The notes under the pieces were generated by a model. That model was given only the letters and a program-made list of their open reading frames with translations, did no database searches and had not been told where the DNA came from. Below, one piece after another: positions 1-9,816 of a stretch of DNA of 64,000 nt (position 1 is the first letter of the stretch; each line of letters opens with the position of its first letter). Made by a program: the position numbers and the translations under genes. Source of the stretch: an uncultured Nitrososphaerota archaeon (GTDB lineage: Archaea; Thermoproteota; Nitrososphaeria; Nitrososphaerales; CADDZS01); NCBI GenBank assembly GCA_963799845.1, contig CAWCYI010000006.1:1440001-1504000 (forward strand). Direction: 5' to 3'.

Positions 1-1
1 G

Positions 2-1129
2 TGGCTTGTATTCCTTCCTACCAGGCGCCTCGTTGAAAAATACGCAAAGAGCTACGGCGGCGTTTACCTCCACGGCGGACTCGAGGGTGCCGAGGTCAAC
101 AAGATCCAGCAGAGGGCGGAGATAGACAAGAACCTGAAGATTTTTGCGACAAACGTCGTCGCCTCTTCAGTCAACATTTACGTGGACAATGTCTTGATCT
201 TCAACGAGACAATTGAAGGCAGAGACAAGTTAGGGCACAAAGTACTCGAATACAAATCGATTGACAATAATTCCCTTCTGCAGATGATCGGGAGGATTGG
301 GAGGTTCAAGCCGGGCAGGGCCGTGATCTTAAGCGACGTTCCTATCCCCAAGACCATTTCTCCCAAGAAGGTGTACAAGTCTCTCGAAAGGGAAACACCG
401 TTTGACCTTGTTCTACTGATGTCCAAGTACGGGTTGAAGCTAACAGATCTCGAGTTCATGTCCAAACTTAATCTAGATGAAATTGCCTTCGCGGAAAATT
501 GGCTCTTCGAAATCGGTGCGATCCAAAAGGAGATGCACACGATAACCGAAAAAGGTGTCCTGATGAGCGAAATCCCCTACGATCCCGATTTCGCCCACAT
601 GATCTCGGAAGCAATCGTCCGCGGAAACAATGGGGTAGCGAGATTTCTGCTGGCGGCGGGCTCGTTCGGGGATTCTCTCAATCATGCGTTCAGAACCGAG
701 ATGGAGGCGCAGGCGAGCGAGTTTCTCTACGCGTTCGACAAGACGAGCGAGCTTGGAGTCAAGGCAAAACTGCTCCAGAAATACTCCGAGGATCGCGAAG
801 GATTATTTCTCTCGAAGCTCGTAGACAATGGCATATATCCTCGGTTTCTTGAGGAGGCGTGGAAGAACTATGATGCAGCTCGCGATTCGCTCAACGACAT
901 CATCAAGAGAGAGGGAAAGGAGATACCAAAAGAAGTAGTCTCTGAGATTGACTCTTCAAAGCTAGAGGAGTATCTCAAAGACTGTCTGACCTTCGAGCAC
1001 TACTATCTCCACGAGGCAAAGGAGTTCGGCCTCGACGACCTGAGGATTGAGGGCGACTTTTACGCGAGGAGTATAACAATGAACTTCAGGAAGATCCTGT
1101 ATGACGTAGTCGCGATTGAACCGAACTAA
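2..1129 (+). CDS. DEAH/RHA-family (HrpA-like) SF2 helicase, 5'-truncated by the window edge
   Basis: The frame is open from base 2. It reads LVFLPTRR (motif IV), LHGG, IFATNVVASSVNI (motif V), QMIGRIGR (motif VI) and an HA2-like segment TEKGVLMSEIPYDPDFAHMI. Confidence 0.8.
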   Translation, partial: WLVFLPTRRLVEKYAKSYGGVYLHGGLEGAEVNKIQQRAEIDKNLKIFATNVVASSVNIYVDNVLIFNETIEGRDKLGHKVLEYKSIDNNSLLQMIGRIGRFKPGRAVILSDVPIPKTISPKKVYKSLERETPFDLVLLMSKYGLKLTDLEFMSKLNLDEIAFAENWLFEIGAIQKEMHTITEKGVLMSEIPYDPDFAHMISEAIVRGNNGVARFLLAAGSFGDSLNHAFRTEMEAQASEFLYAFDKTSELGVKAKLLQKYSEDREGLFLSKLVDNGIYPRFLEEAWKNYDAARDSLNDIIKREGKEIPKEVVSEIDSSKLEEYLKDCLTFEHYYLHEAKEFGLDDLRIEGDFYARSITMNFRKILYDVVAIEPN

Positions 1130-1914
1130 CTTGTGGAGATTTTTACCCGCGAATACGTCCTGTATGCGAGAGCAAAGAGAGCTGCAGTCTCAACAATAAG
1201 TACCAGAGTCTCGACCGGCTTCCAGGTATCCAGGAAATAGGCTGGGTTGCCGAGACCTGCCCTGATTCCATCGCTAATGTAAGTCAGAGGGTTGATGTAG
1301 GAGACCACTCGAAGCGGCAACGGCGTCACCGAGGTTATCGGGTAAAATACATCAGAAACAAAATTGATCACAAACAGAATAATTATCTGGATGGAATTGT
1401 ACATCTGGCTTGTCTTCACCTTGGCTGCGATGTAGAGCATCGTGGAACAAAAGAAAATCGCGCCGACCACGAGGTTCAGCAGAACTAGGCCCAGACCCTC
1501 GAATGAGAAAAAGATGTGAGTTCCCAACGGAATTGAGATTCCGATCATAATTGCCGCTCCGACGAAGGAGGCTGTAGTCGTCGCGATAATTATCCCGACG
1601 AGGTACTGGCTCCGCGTAAAGGGTCCTGAGAGGATCTGCGAAAACATGCCAAATTTTCGATCGAGCCACAGCATGCTTCCCCCAATCGTCCCTGCCATCA
1701 CGGTCTGAAACGCGACGATGCCGGGAGCAAGGTACGAGGTGTAGTTGAAGGTAACACCATTAACGGAAAAGTCGGAGACAATCGAGACAAACATCGAGCC
1801 AAGAAAGATCAGATACATTGCCGGCAGTCCAATGATAACGACGAGGCTCGCCGGGTCCATGTTCACTTTCAAATTTCGCCACGCGAGACGTATAGAGTTG
1901 GGGATCTGACTCAA
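1126..1914 (-). CDS. ABC-2 type exporter permease
   Basis: About 6 TM segments, YLAPGIV and INPLTY motifs; overlaps the upstream ABC ATPase. Confidence 0.9.
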   Translation of the reverse strand: MSQIPNSIRLAWRNLKVNMDPASLVVIIGLPAMYLIFLGSMFVSIVSDFSVNGVTFNYTSYLAPGIVAFQTVMAGTIGGSMLWLDRKFGMFSQILSGPFTRSQYLVGIIIATTTASFVGAAIMIGISIPLGTHIFFSFEGLGLVLLNLVVGAIFFCSTMLYIAAKVKTSQMYNSIQIIILFVINFVSDVFYPITSVTPLPLRVVSYINPLTYISDGIRAGLGNPAYFLDTWKPVETLVLIVETAALFALAYRTYSRVKISTS

Positions 1915-2930
1915 TAGGTACTCTCGCCCTCATCGGGGGACACGGTCTGAATGAATACGTCTTCCAGCGTGCTCTTTCTGATGTTCAGCCACTCGAGCTT
2001 TGCTTTCTGATCTGAAGTTAGAGCGATCATCGTCTCGATCACTTTTTCTGGATTTTTTGCGACGATGATTGCAGGTTCAGTTCCTTCCGGCTCTCTCGTG
2101 ATCTCTACTTCGGGATGTATTTTTTTCAATTGGGAGAAGAAGATTTCATACGACGGTGGCTTTCCATCCACTGGCGAGAGGATCAGCTCGATCGCTTTAG
2201 TCTCACCGTAGCGGCGTTTCAAATTTTCGGCTGTATCGAGAGCGAGCAGTCGACCCTTGTCCATGATTGCGATGCGGTCGCACAAATAGTCTGCCTCCTC
2301 CAGATTGTGGGTCGTGAACAAAATCGTGAGGTTCTCGTTTTTCGCTTTATCCTTCAAGAGATCGAGAATGCGACGGCGCATGATTGGGTCGAGGCCTACT
2401 GTGGGTTCGTCCAGAAATAGCAGATCCATAGGGTGTAGGAACTCCCTCGCGACCTGTACCCTTCTCTTCTGACCTCCGGAGAGCTCTGTCGCGGAAGTTT
2501 TCAGGAAATCTTCCAGCCCAAAGATCTTTACGAGTTCATCTCGTTTTTTCTCCCTGACTGGTTTCGGGACACCCCATAGAAAGCCGTAAAGATCGAAATT
2601 CTGCTTCACGGTCGTGAACTCAAACGAGACTTCTTGCTGGACGACGCCGATCCTCTTTCTGATCTCTTGCCCGCGTTTGGTTACATCAAAACCCAAGACA
2701 GAAATCTTCCCTTTAGTGGGCTGGAGCAAAGTTGTCAGAACTTTTATCGTCGATGTTTTACCGGCCCCGTTTTTGCCAAGAAGTCCGAAGATCTCGCCTT
2801 TCTTAACTTGAAACGAGATGTCGTTTACAACGTACTCCTTGCCGTTGTAAGTATGAGAAAAACCTTCGACCGAAATGGCGTTCTCATAGTCAACTAAGTT
2901 CGGCGAGTCGACAGACTCCTGCAAGGCCAT
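1911..2930 (-). CDS. ABC transporter ATP-binding protein (DrrA-like)
   Basis: Walker A GKNGAGKT, signature LSGGQ, Walker B LFLDEPT, H-loop TTHN, C-terminal STLEDVF. Confidence 0.95.
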   Translation of the reverse strand: MALQESVDSPNLVDYENAISVEGFSHTYNGKEYVVNDISFQVKKGEIFGLLGKNGAGKTSTIKVLTTLLQPTKGKISVLGFDVTKRGQEIRKRIGVVQQEVSFEFTTVKQNFDLYGFLWGVPKPVREKKRDELVKIFGLEDFLKTSATELSGGQKRRVQVAREFLHPMDLLFLDEPTVGLDPIMRRRILDLLKDKAKNENLTILFTTHNLEEADYLCDRIAIMDKGRLLALDTAENLKRRYGETKAIELILSPVDGKPPSYEIFFSQLKKIHPEVEITREPEGTEPAIIVAKNPEKVIETMIALTSDQKAKLEWLNIRKSTLEDVFIQTVSPDEGESTY

Positions 2931-2986
2931 TCGGTAACAATTCCACGGAGAGACTAAAGTGAATGAAATTGTGATTTAATTATTGC

Positions 2987-3460
2987 TCACGTAAGTTGGT
3001 CGTCCAAAGTCAACCTGTAGTAGTACCAATCGCTCAGTCTCCTCGCTCCTTGTTTCTCGTAAAATCTAATCGCGTTCTTGTTCCACGTGAGTACGGCCCA
3101 CTCCATCCTGCCGCAATCCTCTCTCTTGGCTTCACGCACGCATCTCAAGAAGAGATTCCACCCAATTCCCATCTTCCGGTGCTCTTCAAGTACGAAAATG
3201 TCTTCAAGGTAGAGAGTTCTCTTTGCAAGAAACGATGAATACGTGTAATAGTACATCGCATAGCCGACAACGTCTTTGTCTTTTTGATCTATAGCAACGA
3301 AAGTTTCTAGCCACTTTTTAGAGAAAATGTCATCGATAATTCTGCGTCTCGCGTCATTATCTGGAGGATCGAGATGTTCAAAATCTGCCAGAGCGACAAG
3401 AAGATTGAGGAGTTGAGACGAATCTTTCCGTTTGGCTCGACGTATCGAGTAGCGGCCCAT
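2987..3460 (-). CDS. GNAT N-acetyltransferase (spermidine/diamine acetyltransferase-like)
   Basis: LYLEDIFVLEEHRKMGIG and WNKNAIRFY motifs; likely start is the ATG at 3460 (MGRYSIRRA). Confidence 0.88.
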   Translation of the reverse strand: MGRYSIRRAKRKDSSQLLNLLVALADFEHLDPPDNDARRRIIDDIFSKKWLETFVAIDQKDKDVVGYAMYYYTYSSFLAKRTLYLEDIFVLEEHRKMGIGWNLFLRCVREAKREDCGRMEWAVLTWNKNAIRFYEKQGARRLSDWYYYRLTLDDQLT

Positions 3461-3584
3461 TTCGGTCTCTTTTGAGGGCCAGACTGTTAAACAATATTTT
3501 CTTCGATTTTTTTCTCTCAATATCTGAAATACGACTGCCAAGGTACCCCGCAAAGATTCAGCCCTGATCTGAGATTAAAGAAGA

Positions 3585-3620
3585 GGCGGGCTAACCGATC
3601 GAGCAGTGGCCGGCTAGCCA
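3585..3620 (-). terminator. Possible hairpin/U-tract terminator downstream of 3657..4556
   Basis: Near-perfect inverted repeat GGCTAACCG...CGGCTAGCC, followed on the minus strand by TCTTCTTT. Confidence 0.3.
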
Positions 3621-3656
3621 ACGATAAGTCTGAATTTTTCTGATCCAGATGCGCGC

Positions 3657-4556
3657 CTAGCTGACTTTGATTCTGACGCTAGCTTTGTTGAGGGATGCGT
3701 CAGTTGCTACTAAGGGCTGACCCCCTTTGACAGCTGTGGTGGGGATTTGAACCGGTACTGAAAATGATCCAGTGCCATCTGTTGTAGCAGTTGCCGTCAA
3801 GGCTGCACCGTTCAGAGTGAAACTGACACTACTACCTGCGGCGAATCCCGTACCAGTGACGGTGATTGTAGCTCCAGGTGCTGCGGTCGTCGGACTGGCG
3901 GTGATATGAGGGTTAACGATGAATGCTCTCTGGGCATTGTTGGTTCCATCGCTAGCAGAGACCTCTTGGCTGCCTTGAGGAACTGCGGGGACTGCAAACG
4001 TGGTAACGAAACCTCCAGTGGTACTAGATGTAGGCGTAGCCTCTGCCACTCCCGAGAAGTAAACTGTTACTGTCACACTTGGAAGGAATCCAGTACCAGT
4101 GACAGTCAGCATGGTTCCGACTATCCGCGGCTTGCCTCCGGTTGTCAAGACAATCTTCGCCGCGGTTCCAATCATTAGAGTATTCGTAGCCTGTAGACCC
4201 TTGGCATCAGTCGCAACAACAGGATATGACCCGACGGCAGTTCCTTTGGGAACGATGAAACTTGTTACAAAGCCCCCTGTAGAGTTAACTGGAACTTTTG
4301 AATCAACTGTTATTCCGTTGAATGTGATTGTGACTGTAGAACCAGCAGTGAAACGCAAGCCCGTTACTTTGACTGATTTTCCGGGCTCGCTGTTGAACGG
4401 CCTCAATATTATTTTTGGAGCAGTGGCCGCGAGCGGACTCGCAGAATATGCCGATGCCGAGATCGGCACTACAAACACCGATGTAAGATACACCGCCGCA
4501 ACAACCATGGCGAAATACAATCCAACACTTCTTCTCGACCGCAATACCTGATTCAT
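3657..4556 (-). CDS. Secreted protein with three IPT/TIG-like Ig repeats
   Basis: Signal peptide; three repeats of V.VTG.GF...S.VT..F.G....T...G.F...F.VP....G...V.A.D. Confidence 0.8.
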   Translation of the reverse strand: MNQVLRSRRSVGLYFAMVVAAVYLTSVFVVPISASAYSASPLAATAPKIILRPFNSEPGKSVKVTGLRFTAGSTVTITFNGITVDSKVPVNSTGGFVTSFIVPKGTAVGSYPVVATDAKGLQATNTLMIGTAAKIVLTTGGKPRIVGTMLTVTGTGFLPSVTVTVYFSGVAEATPTSSTTGGFVTTFAVPAVPQGSQEVSASDGTNNAQRAFIVNPHITASPTTAAPGATITVTGTGFAAGSSVSFTLNGAALTATATTDGTGSFSVPVQIPTTAVKGGQPLVATDASLNKASVRIKVS

Positions 4557-4934
4557 AATCGTTCGTCTCTTGTCTCAATGAGAAGAGTGAATTAATTATT
4601 TACACCTATTGATAGATTCTACTTATTGGAAAATCAAATTTTACGATAGAGAGCATTTCGATTATCGATACATCCCTTTCGGTAATCGAGTGACTTTTCT
4701 AATTATTTTGTTGTTTTGGTGTTTCATTTGTCAATTTTACGTTATAGTAAAAGTTTCAATTGTCACGAGCGTGGAAGTTGCGGTCATGATCGTGATTGGG
4801 AATGATTTCACTCGAAAATCGGGTTCGTCGAACTGAAATCAGCTAACTAGTTGCTCTCAGAGATCTAACAGAAAAGATTAACATGCAATGAGGCGTCCAG
4901 TAGAAGGCACCACAGTACATCGTGCGGTGAACCA

Positions 4935-5429
4935 ATGTCGGAAAATGAGACTCCTCCCAGACCAAGAAGAAGCCGAGGATCGAGGACCGCTCGAATTGTT
5001 AGAGATCCGATCACGGGCAAAGACGCGCCCACCGAAAAACGCGAGGAAAATATGGATTTTATCAGCAAGAAGCTCGCGAAGCTCGATACTCGGAGGCAGG
5101 ATCTTGCCAAGCGATTGGACGAGGCACAGAAATCTGCCGACTATGAAAATTTCCAGAGAATTGGCAATAGCTACCTAGGGACTATCCTCGAAAGCATAAA
5201 CCTCTACATTGATCTAATCAAGGAAATAAGCTCTGAGCCGGTGTCCAGCGAGCTGAAAACAGAGTTCTCTGACATTGTGAAAAAGGGCAGCAACACTAAG
5301 GGCATAGAGGGCCAGTCCGAGTGGATCTCGAACGACGTGTCCCCGCTATATGAAAAAGTCCGCCAGATCTGCGCGTGCGTTTACGCAGCCGTGGCAAAAA
5401 TCGATCAGGAAGCCAACAAGATATCCTAG
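4935..5429 (+). CDS. Hypothetical helical protein
   Basis: 164-aa ORF with ATG start and a coiled-coil-like charged segment; no recognisable motif. Confidence 0.65.
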   Translation: MSENETPPRPRRSRGSRTARIVRDPITGKDAPTEKREENMDFISKKLAKLDTRRQDLAKRLDEAQKSADYENFQRIGNSYLGTILESINLYIDLIKEISSEPVSSELKTEFSDIVKKGSNTKGIEGQSEWISNDVSPLYEKVRQICACVYAAVAKIDQEANKIS

Positions 5430-5623
5430 CGTCTAATGCCTGCTTCCCTTAGCATTTCTCTGCCGCGAATTTCAGCGTCTTTCCAGTGAACAGGACAGCG
5501 AGTTATCGACTCTCCGTTTACATCGGCCCAGAGCCATCCCTTCGAGTAAAGTATCTGAGCGCTACTCCTAGCAGAAATTCCGCAAATGTCGCAGTGAAGT
5601 TCCAAAAGTTCTTCGGTTGGCAT
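5426..5623 (-). CDS. Small putative zinc-finger protein
   Basis: 65 aa with CDIC...CPVH ligand pairs; convergent 4-bp overlap with the neighbouring gene. Confidence 0.6.
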   Translation of the reverse strand: MPTEELLELHCDICGISARSSAQILYSKGWLWADVNGESITRCPVHWKDAEIRGREMLREAGIRR

Positions 5624-5942
5624 AGGTCTGCGAATTTGGGGCGCAGTAAAAAACTTTGTTACCCATCGTCAGGCCAAAATATTTCTCCTACTGAAATCGT
5701 AACAAAGAATGGAAGAACGGTTGGATCCTAATTTACTATTGATTTTTTTATCGAAGAAATCCGAAATAGCATATCTAGTTTCGCCAAGTTTAAACCCAAT
5801 TACAATGAATGCTAGGCCGTGAGGAATTAAGTGCTGCTTAAAATGGATTGTAATTTTCAAGGATTAGACCTCGTAGAAACTTGATCAGATCGCGTCGGGA
5901 ATCCATTACCTTTAAGACAAACTTTTCGACTTGTTGAAGAAT

Positions 5943-6371
5943 ATGGCAGCCGGGCCGCACGGAGAGGACTTGAAGGGGAACACGCTTCGAGTCTATACGT
6001 ACCTCTTCAAGGTGCGCAAGTCCGGTATCAGGGAGGCCCAGAGATCGCTCGGGTTCAAGAGTGCCTCGCTCGCCCAATACCATCTGGACAAACTGGTAGA
6101 TCTCGGGCTTGCTGGAAAGGACGAACTGGGTAATTACGTCCTCGCCAAGGAGGTCAAAATCGAGGCTCTCGAGCAGTTCCTGAAAATCGGGACATACATC
6201 ATCCCCCGATTTGTCCTGTACTCAATCATGCTTTCGATACTCTTTGGATATTTCATCATCAGCCCCGAGGCTGGAATCTCCAGGGTAAGCGTCTGGGCAT
6301 ACATTTTCGCTGTCGTCGGCCTCGTGATAACTTGGTACGAGACTATCAGAGCTTGGAGAAGGTCGCCGTAA
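5943..6371 (+). CDS. Winged-HTH protein with two C-terminal TM helices
   Basis: LKGNTLRVYTYL...GIREAQRSLGFKSASLAQYHLDKLVDLGL wHTH, then two hydrophobic helices. Confidence 0.8.
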   Translation: MAAGPHGEDLKGNTLRVYTYLFKVRKSGIREAQRSLGFKSASLAQYHLDKLVDLGLAGKDELGNYVLAKEVKIEALEQFLKIGTYIIPRFVLYSIMLSILFGYFIISPEAGISRVSVWAYIFAVVGLVITWYETIRAWRRSP

Positions 6372-6436
6372 CTGTAAGGTTAAAAAACTCGGAAAATTAT
6401 GGGTCACTCGCCCTATTTGGAGATGCCAAACTCATC

Positions 6437-6733
6437 GTGTCCACAGCAGCTGAAAAGCGGGAAAAGCGTAGAATCGAAAATGAAGAAAAAGTTCAGAAAG
6501 CCCTAGGGACTCTACAGCAGATTGTAGAGAGTAACATCACTCCACGGAATATTCGCAAGATCGTAAAGGACGCGATCAATATGTTGAATGATACAAAGAT
6601 ATCGATCGGAGTTCGCGCTGCAAATTCCATCTCGATTCTGGAGGAGGTCAGCCAGGATCCCAATATGCCGTCTTTCAGCCGGGTTACTATATGGTCGGCG
6701 GTCTCCACGCTGGAATCCGTTAGAGAGTCATAA
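6437..6733 (+). CDS. UPF0147 family archaeal protein
   Basis: TPRNIR...RAANSISILEEVSQDPNMPSFSRVTIWSAVSTLE pattern; likely GTG start at 6437. Confidence 0.9.
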   Translation: MSTAAEKREKRRIENEEKVQKALGTLQQIVESNITPRNIRKIVKDAINMLNDTKISIGVRAANSISILEEVSQDPNMPSFSRVTIWSAVSTLESVRES

Positions 6734-6807
6734 ATTTTACTTTCGGATAACGCGCCAAAACAGATCTCTTTTATCCATGGGGCATACTATCCAAATCGCT
6801 TGGCGCA

Positions 6808-9309
6808 TTGAAGTTCAGCAATGCAACATTTCTTGCTATTGCGATTCTCCTTTTCATATATCAGCCGCTCCCCTCGATCAACCAATTAGGGCATCGTCCC
6901 GTTAATTTCACCGGAGTTGTGATAACTAGTCCAGTTCCTGGAGCTCCCGGCGGAAATCTCCCCGCGCGGTTCGAGAGTCTGGTTGCTCCCGGAAATTCTT
7001 CGATCCCAGTCGCAAATTTTGACGAACAGCTTGGTATGACGTTCACTCAGAATTTTAGCGTCCTTTCATACAATGTCACGGCTGTCAAGCAGCAGGATCT
7101 GAACGGATTCGGACCTGCTTACTTGCTCAATGGACTTTCGAATCTCGGCTATTGGTACCAGGTAGGGATTTCGTGGGACTGGCCGTTCCTTGGCGGTGGC
7201 CACTCTTCCGGTTTTGGGTTCAACTTCGAAGTGTTTTCATTCAACGGATCGTCGATATTTCCGCAAAACGCCGGGGGGCTGGTCAACTTTTCAGGGTCAG
7301 TGAATCCTGGGGACAACGTAGGCTTGTCTTTGATGTTCAATGGAGCCAACGTAACGATGCAGGCGGTAGACTGGGAAACCAGCGCCGTCGCAAACATCGG
7401 TTACAGCTCTTTTGGAGCGAATCAATTCGTCGGCTCTCCGCATTCTATTTCGAACCTGAAAGGATTTTTCACCGGACTAATGACCGAGCAGTATCACGTC
7501 GGCCAGTTCAACGGAAGCGAGCGGAAGGTCACTTATTCCGGTTTGAACGTTTCCTCCGCGTGGATGTGGGTCGACGAATTCAACGCAAACACCAGTAGTG
7601 TGCTATTTTTGGGTAGCACGCCGACCCCTGTTTCCTACACATCGAATCCAAACCAGTTCCGGGACTTTTTTTACAAGGGGTCGACGGTTATCTCCAATGC
7701 TCACGAATTCATTACCGGAACTTCTGGATCTGTATTGTTAACGGTCAGCTACTCTGAGATCGGCGGTGAATCTTTCGTAGCTCCAAAGCTCACATACGTC
7801 ACAAACGGGACAATTGAATCCGTCGATCTCGGAACAACTCCGACCACTTACTTGGCGGATAACGGTAGTACCTGGGGTGTCTCGGTCAATATACCAGGAC
7901 AGTCATCTGGAGAGAGATGGACCACATCAGACACGACCTCCGGCGTAGCAACAGGTCTCAATCCGATCAAAATAGTGTACTATCATCAGTATCTTGAGAT
8001 ATTTTCCTTCGCTGTCTTGGGTGGAGGATCAGGGTTTGAATCGCCCAACCTGACTTTTGTGAACTATGGGCGGTCGAATGCAATTATTTTAGGAAACGAG
8101 GGGTTAGGAATCTGGATGGACGCTGGATCCGCGTGGAACGCTTCGAATCTGCTCGGTGGATCTACTTCGCAAGAGAGGTGGGTAAGCAACGACACGATTG
8201 GTACCGCCGTTTCATCTCAGAACATATCGATGGATTACGTTCACCAGAACTTGATCGCGGTGGGCTTCAATGTTGTGGGCGGAGGAACTGGATTCACGGC
8301 GCCCCAAATAGTGTCGAGATCTCTCAACGGGCCGGTTAACGCCACATTATCCACAGTGCCTGTCACAATATGGCTAAACACTGGTGCGCGGTGGAGGGTC
8401 AATAGCATTCTTGAGGGTTCGACTCCCTCCCAGCGATGGGAGACTCCCGTCAGCGCCGGCCTTGTTAATCTTTCTAACATCTTCCCTGCTTACTATCATC
8501 AGAGTTTTGTGTCCCTGGGTTACTCAATCGTTGGTGGGGGCTCGGGCTTTACGCCTCCAAGAATAAATCTGACGACGTTTGGCGACCGGTTGAACATCGC
8601 TCTAAACTCATCCGTCTGGGTGGATTATGGCAGTCTCTACAGTTACCCCCGGATGCTGGAGGGCTCGAATGACTTTCAGAGGTGGATTGCAAATTCCATA
8701 AACGGTACGATTTTATCCCAGGGTTCGGTTACTGCGAAGTACCAAACTCAGTACTTGGTCGATATCGAGCTACAGTCGGCGGGAGGGGGGAACGTAGCGC
8801 CGGCTTCCGGCTGGTATAACGCGTCGTCAGTCTTGCCACTGTCTGCCGTGAGCGATCCAGGATGGAAGTTTATCGGTTGGTCAGGTAAAGGTGCGGAACC
8901 GTATTCTGGGAACTCCTCAAATGTGTCAGTTATCTTGGGATCCGCAATAACCGAGGTAGCAACTTTCTACCCGGGCTTCACTATTTCCTCAGGCCCGGGC
9001 GGGTCTGTCGTATACAGTTTCGATGGAAAAGTTGGGACGATCAGCGGCGGAAGCTCGACGACGATTTTTGTCCCGCCTCTGACCGAGGTCGGCCTTTCGG
9101 CCACTTCTTCGTCCCTTGATTTGTTCACGAGTTGGCGGGGCGAGATCAACTCGGGCAGAGAGTCCATCACGGTTCTTGTTGACTCACCTGAGGCGATTCG
9201 GGCAACGTTCGGGTTCAATTATCTGATAGTCCTCGTCGTTGTAATTGTCGCAGCTTTGGTTCTGGCGGCCGGTATTTTCTCAATTTTGAAGAGATACAGG
9301 TCCAGATAG
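6808..9309 (+). CDS. Membrane-anchored surface protein: beta-rich head (possible acid peptidase), four ~85-aa repeats, InlB-B-like domains, C-terminal TM
   Basis: Signal peptide; repeats YYHQ...GGG.G...P...W.D....ERW; GWY...GWKFIGWSG; TM followed by KRYR; many N-x-S/T sequons. Confidence 0.75.
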   Translation: MKFSNATFLAIAILLFIYQPLPSINQLGHRPVNFTGVVITSPVPGAPGGNLPARFESLVAPGNSSIPVANFDEQLGMTFTQNFSVLSYNVTAVKQQDLNGFGPAYLLNGLSNLGYWYQVGISWDWPFLGGGHSSGFGFNFEVFSFNGSSIFPQNAGGLVNFSGSVNPGDNVGLSLMFNGANVTMQAVDWETSAVANIGYSSFGANQFVGSPHSISNLKGFFTGLMTEQYHVGQFNGSERKVTYSGLNVSSAWMWVDEFNANTSSVLFLGSTPTPVSYTSNPNQFRDFFYKGSTVISNAHEFITGTSGSVLLTVSYSEIGGESFVAPKLTYVTNGTIESVDLGTTPTTYLADNGSTWGVSVNIPGQSSGERWTTSDTTSGVATGLNPIKIVYYHQYLEIFSFAVLGGGSGFESPNLTFVNYGRSNAIILGNEGLGIWMDAGSAWNASNLLGGSTSQERWVSNDTIGTAVSSQNISMDYVHQNLIAVGFNVVGGGTGFTAPQIVSRSLNGPVNATLSTVPVTIWLNTGARWRVNSILEGSTPSQRWETPVSAGLVNLSNIFPAYYHQSFVSLGYSIVGGGSGFTPPRINLTTFGDRLNIALNSSVWVDYGSLYSYPRMLEGSNDFQRWIANSINGTILSQGSVTAKYQTQYLVDIELQSAGGGNVAPASGWYNASSVLPLSAVSDPGWKFIGWSGKGAEPYSGNSSNVSVILGSAITEVATFYPGFTISSGPGGSVVYSFDGKVGTISGGSSTTIFVPPLTEVGLSATSSSLDLFTSWRGEINSGRESITVLVDSPEAIRATFGFNYLIVLVVVIVAALVLAAGIFSILKRYRSR

Positions 9310-9441
9310 TATGCAGGTCAGTTTTTCTCCCTCGTCAATTAGGTCATTTCCTTTCACGCAACTTAATCTAGGAGAGATTTGGGATGCATTAAGGAAAAAC
9401 TGTAAATTCTCTCCAAAGAAGAGTCTCCATTTAAGATCTTT

Positions 9442-9777
9442 ATGGGAAAAAAATTACTTTTAGTATCATTAGTATTCGTGGTCGTGGGTCTTGTTTTGCT
9501 CGTTTATCCGGACCCTCAATTTCGCGCGATCTTCAGCGGCGGGAGTACGAGCGGCTTTCCGACAACTTTTACTTCTTCTAGGTTTACATTCAACGGGACG
9601 ATCCCGGGGAATTTTACGTTTCCGGGCGCAGGAAACTTCACGCGTAGAGCTGGGTCAACCGCAGCACTCATCAATACAAACAATGAAATTGTAAGCTTGC
9701 TTGGAGCGGGCCTCGTCGCCGTTGGAGTGGTTTTCGTCGTCGTAGAATTGTTTCTCACTCCAGGGCGCTTGAAATAA
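9442..9777 (+). CDS. Small two-TM membrane protein
   Basis: Two hydrophobic helices flanking a G/F/T-rich loop with sequons; first gene of the ABC operon. Confidence 0.7.
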   Translation: MGKKLLLVSLVFVVVGLVLLVYPDPQFRAIFSGGSTSGFPTTFTSSRFTFNGTIPGNFTFPGAGNFTRRAGSTAALINTNNEIVSLLGAGLVAVGVVFVVVELFLTPGRLK

Positions 9778-9816
9778 AACGGAATTTTGTATTTACTTGC
9801 GAAGTGAACCCACGCG

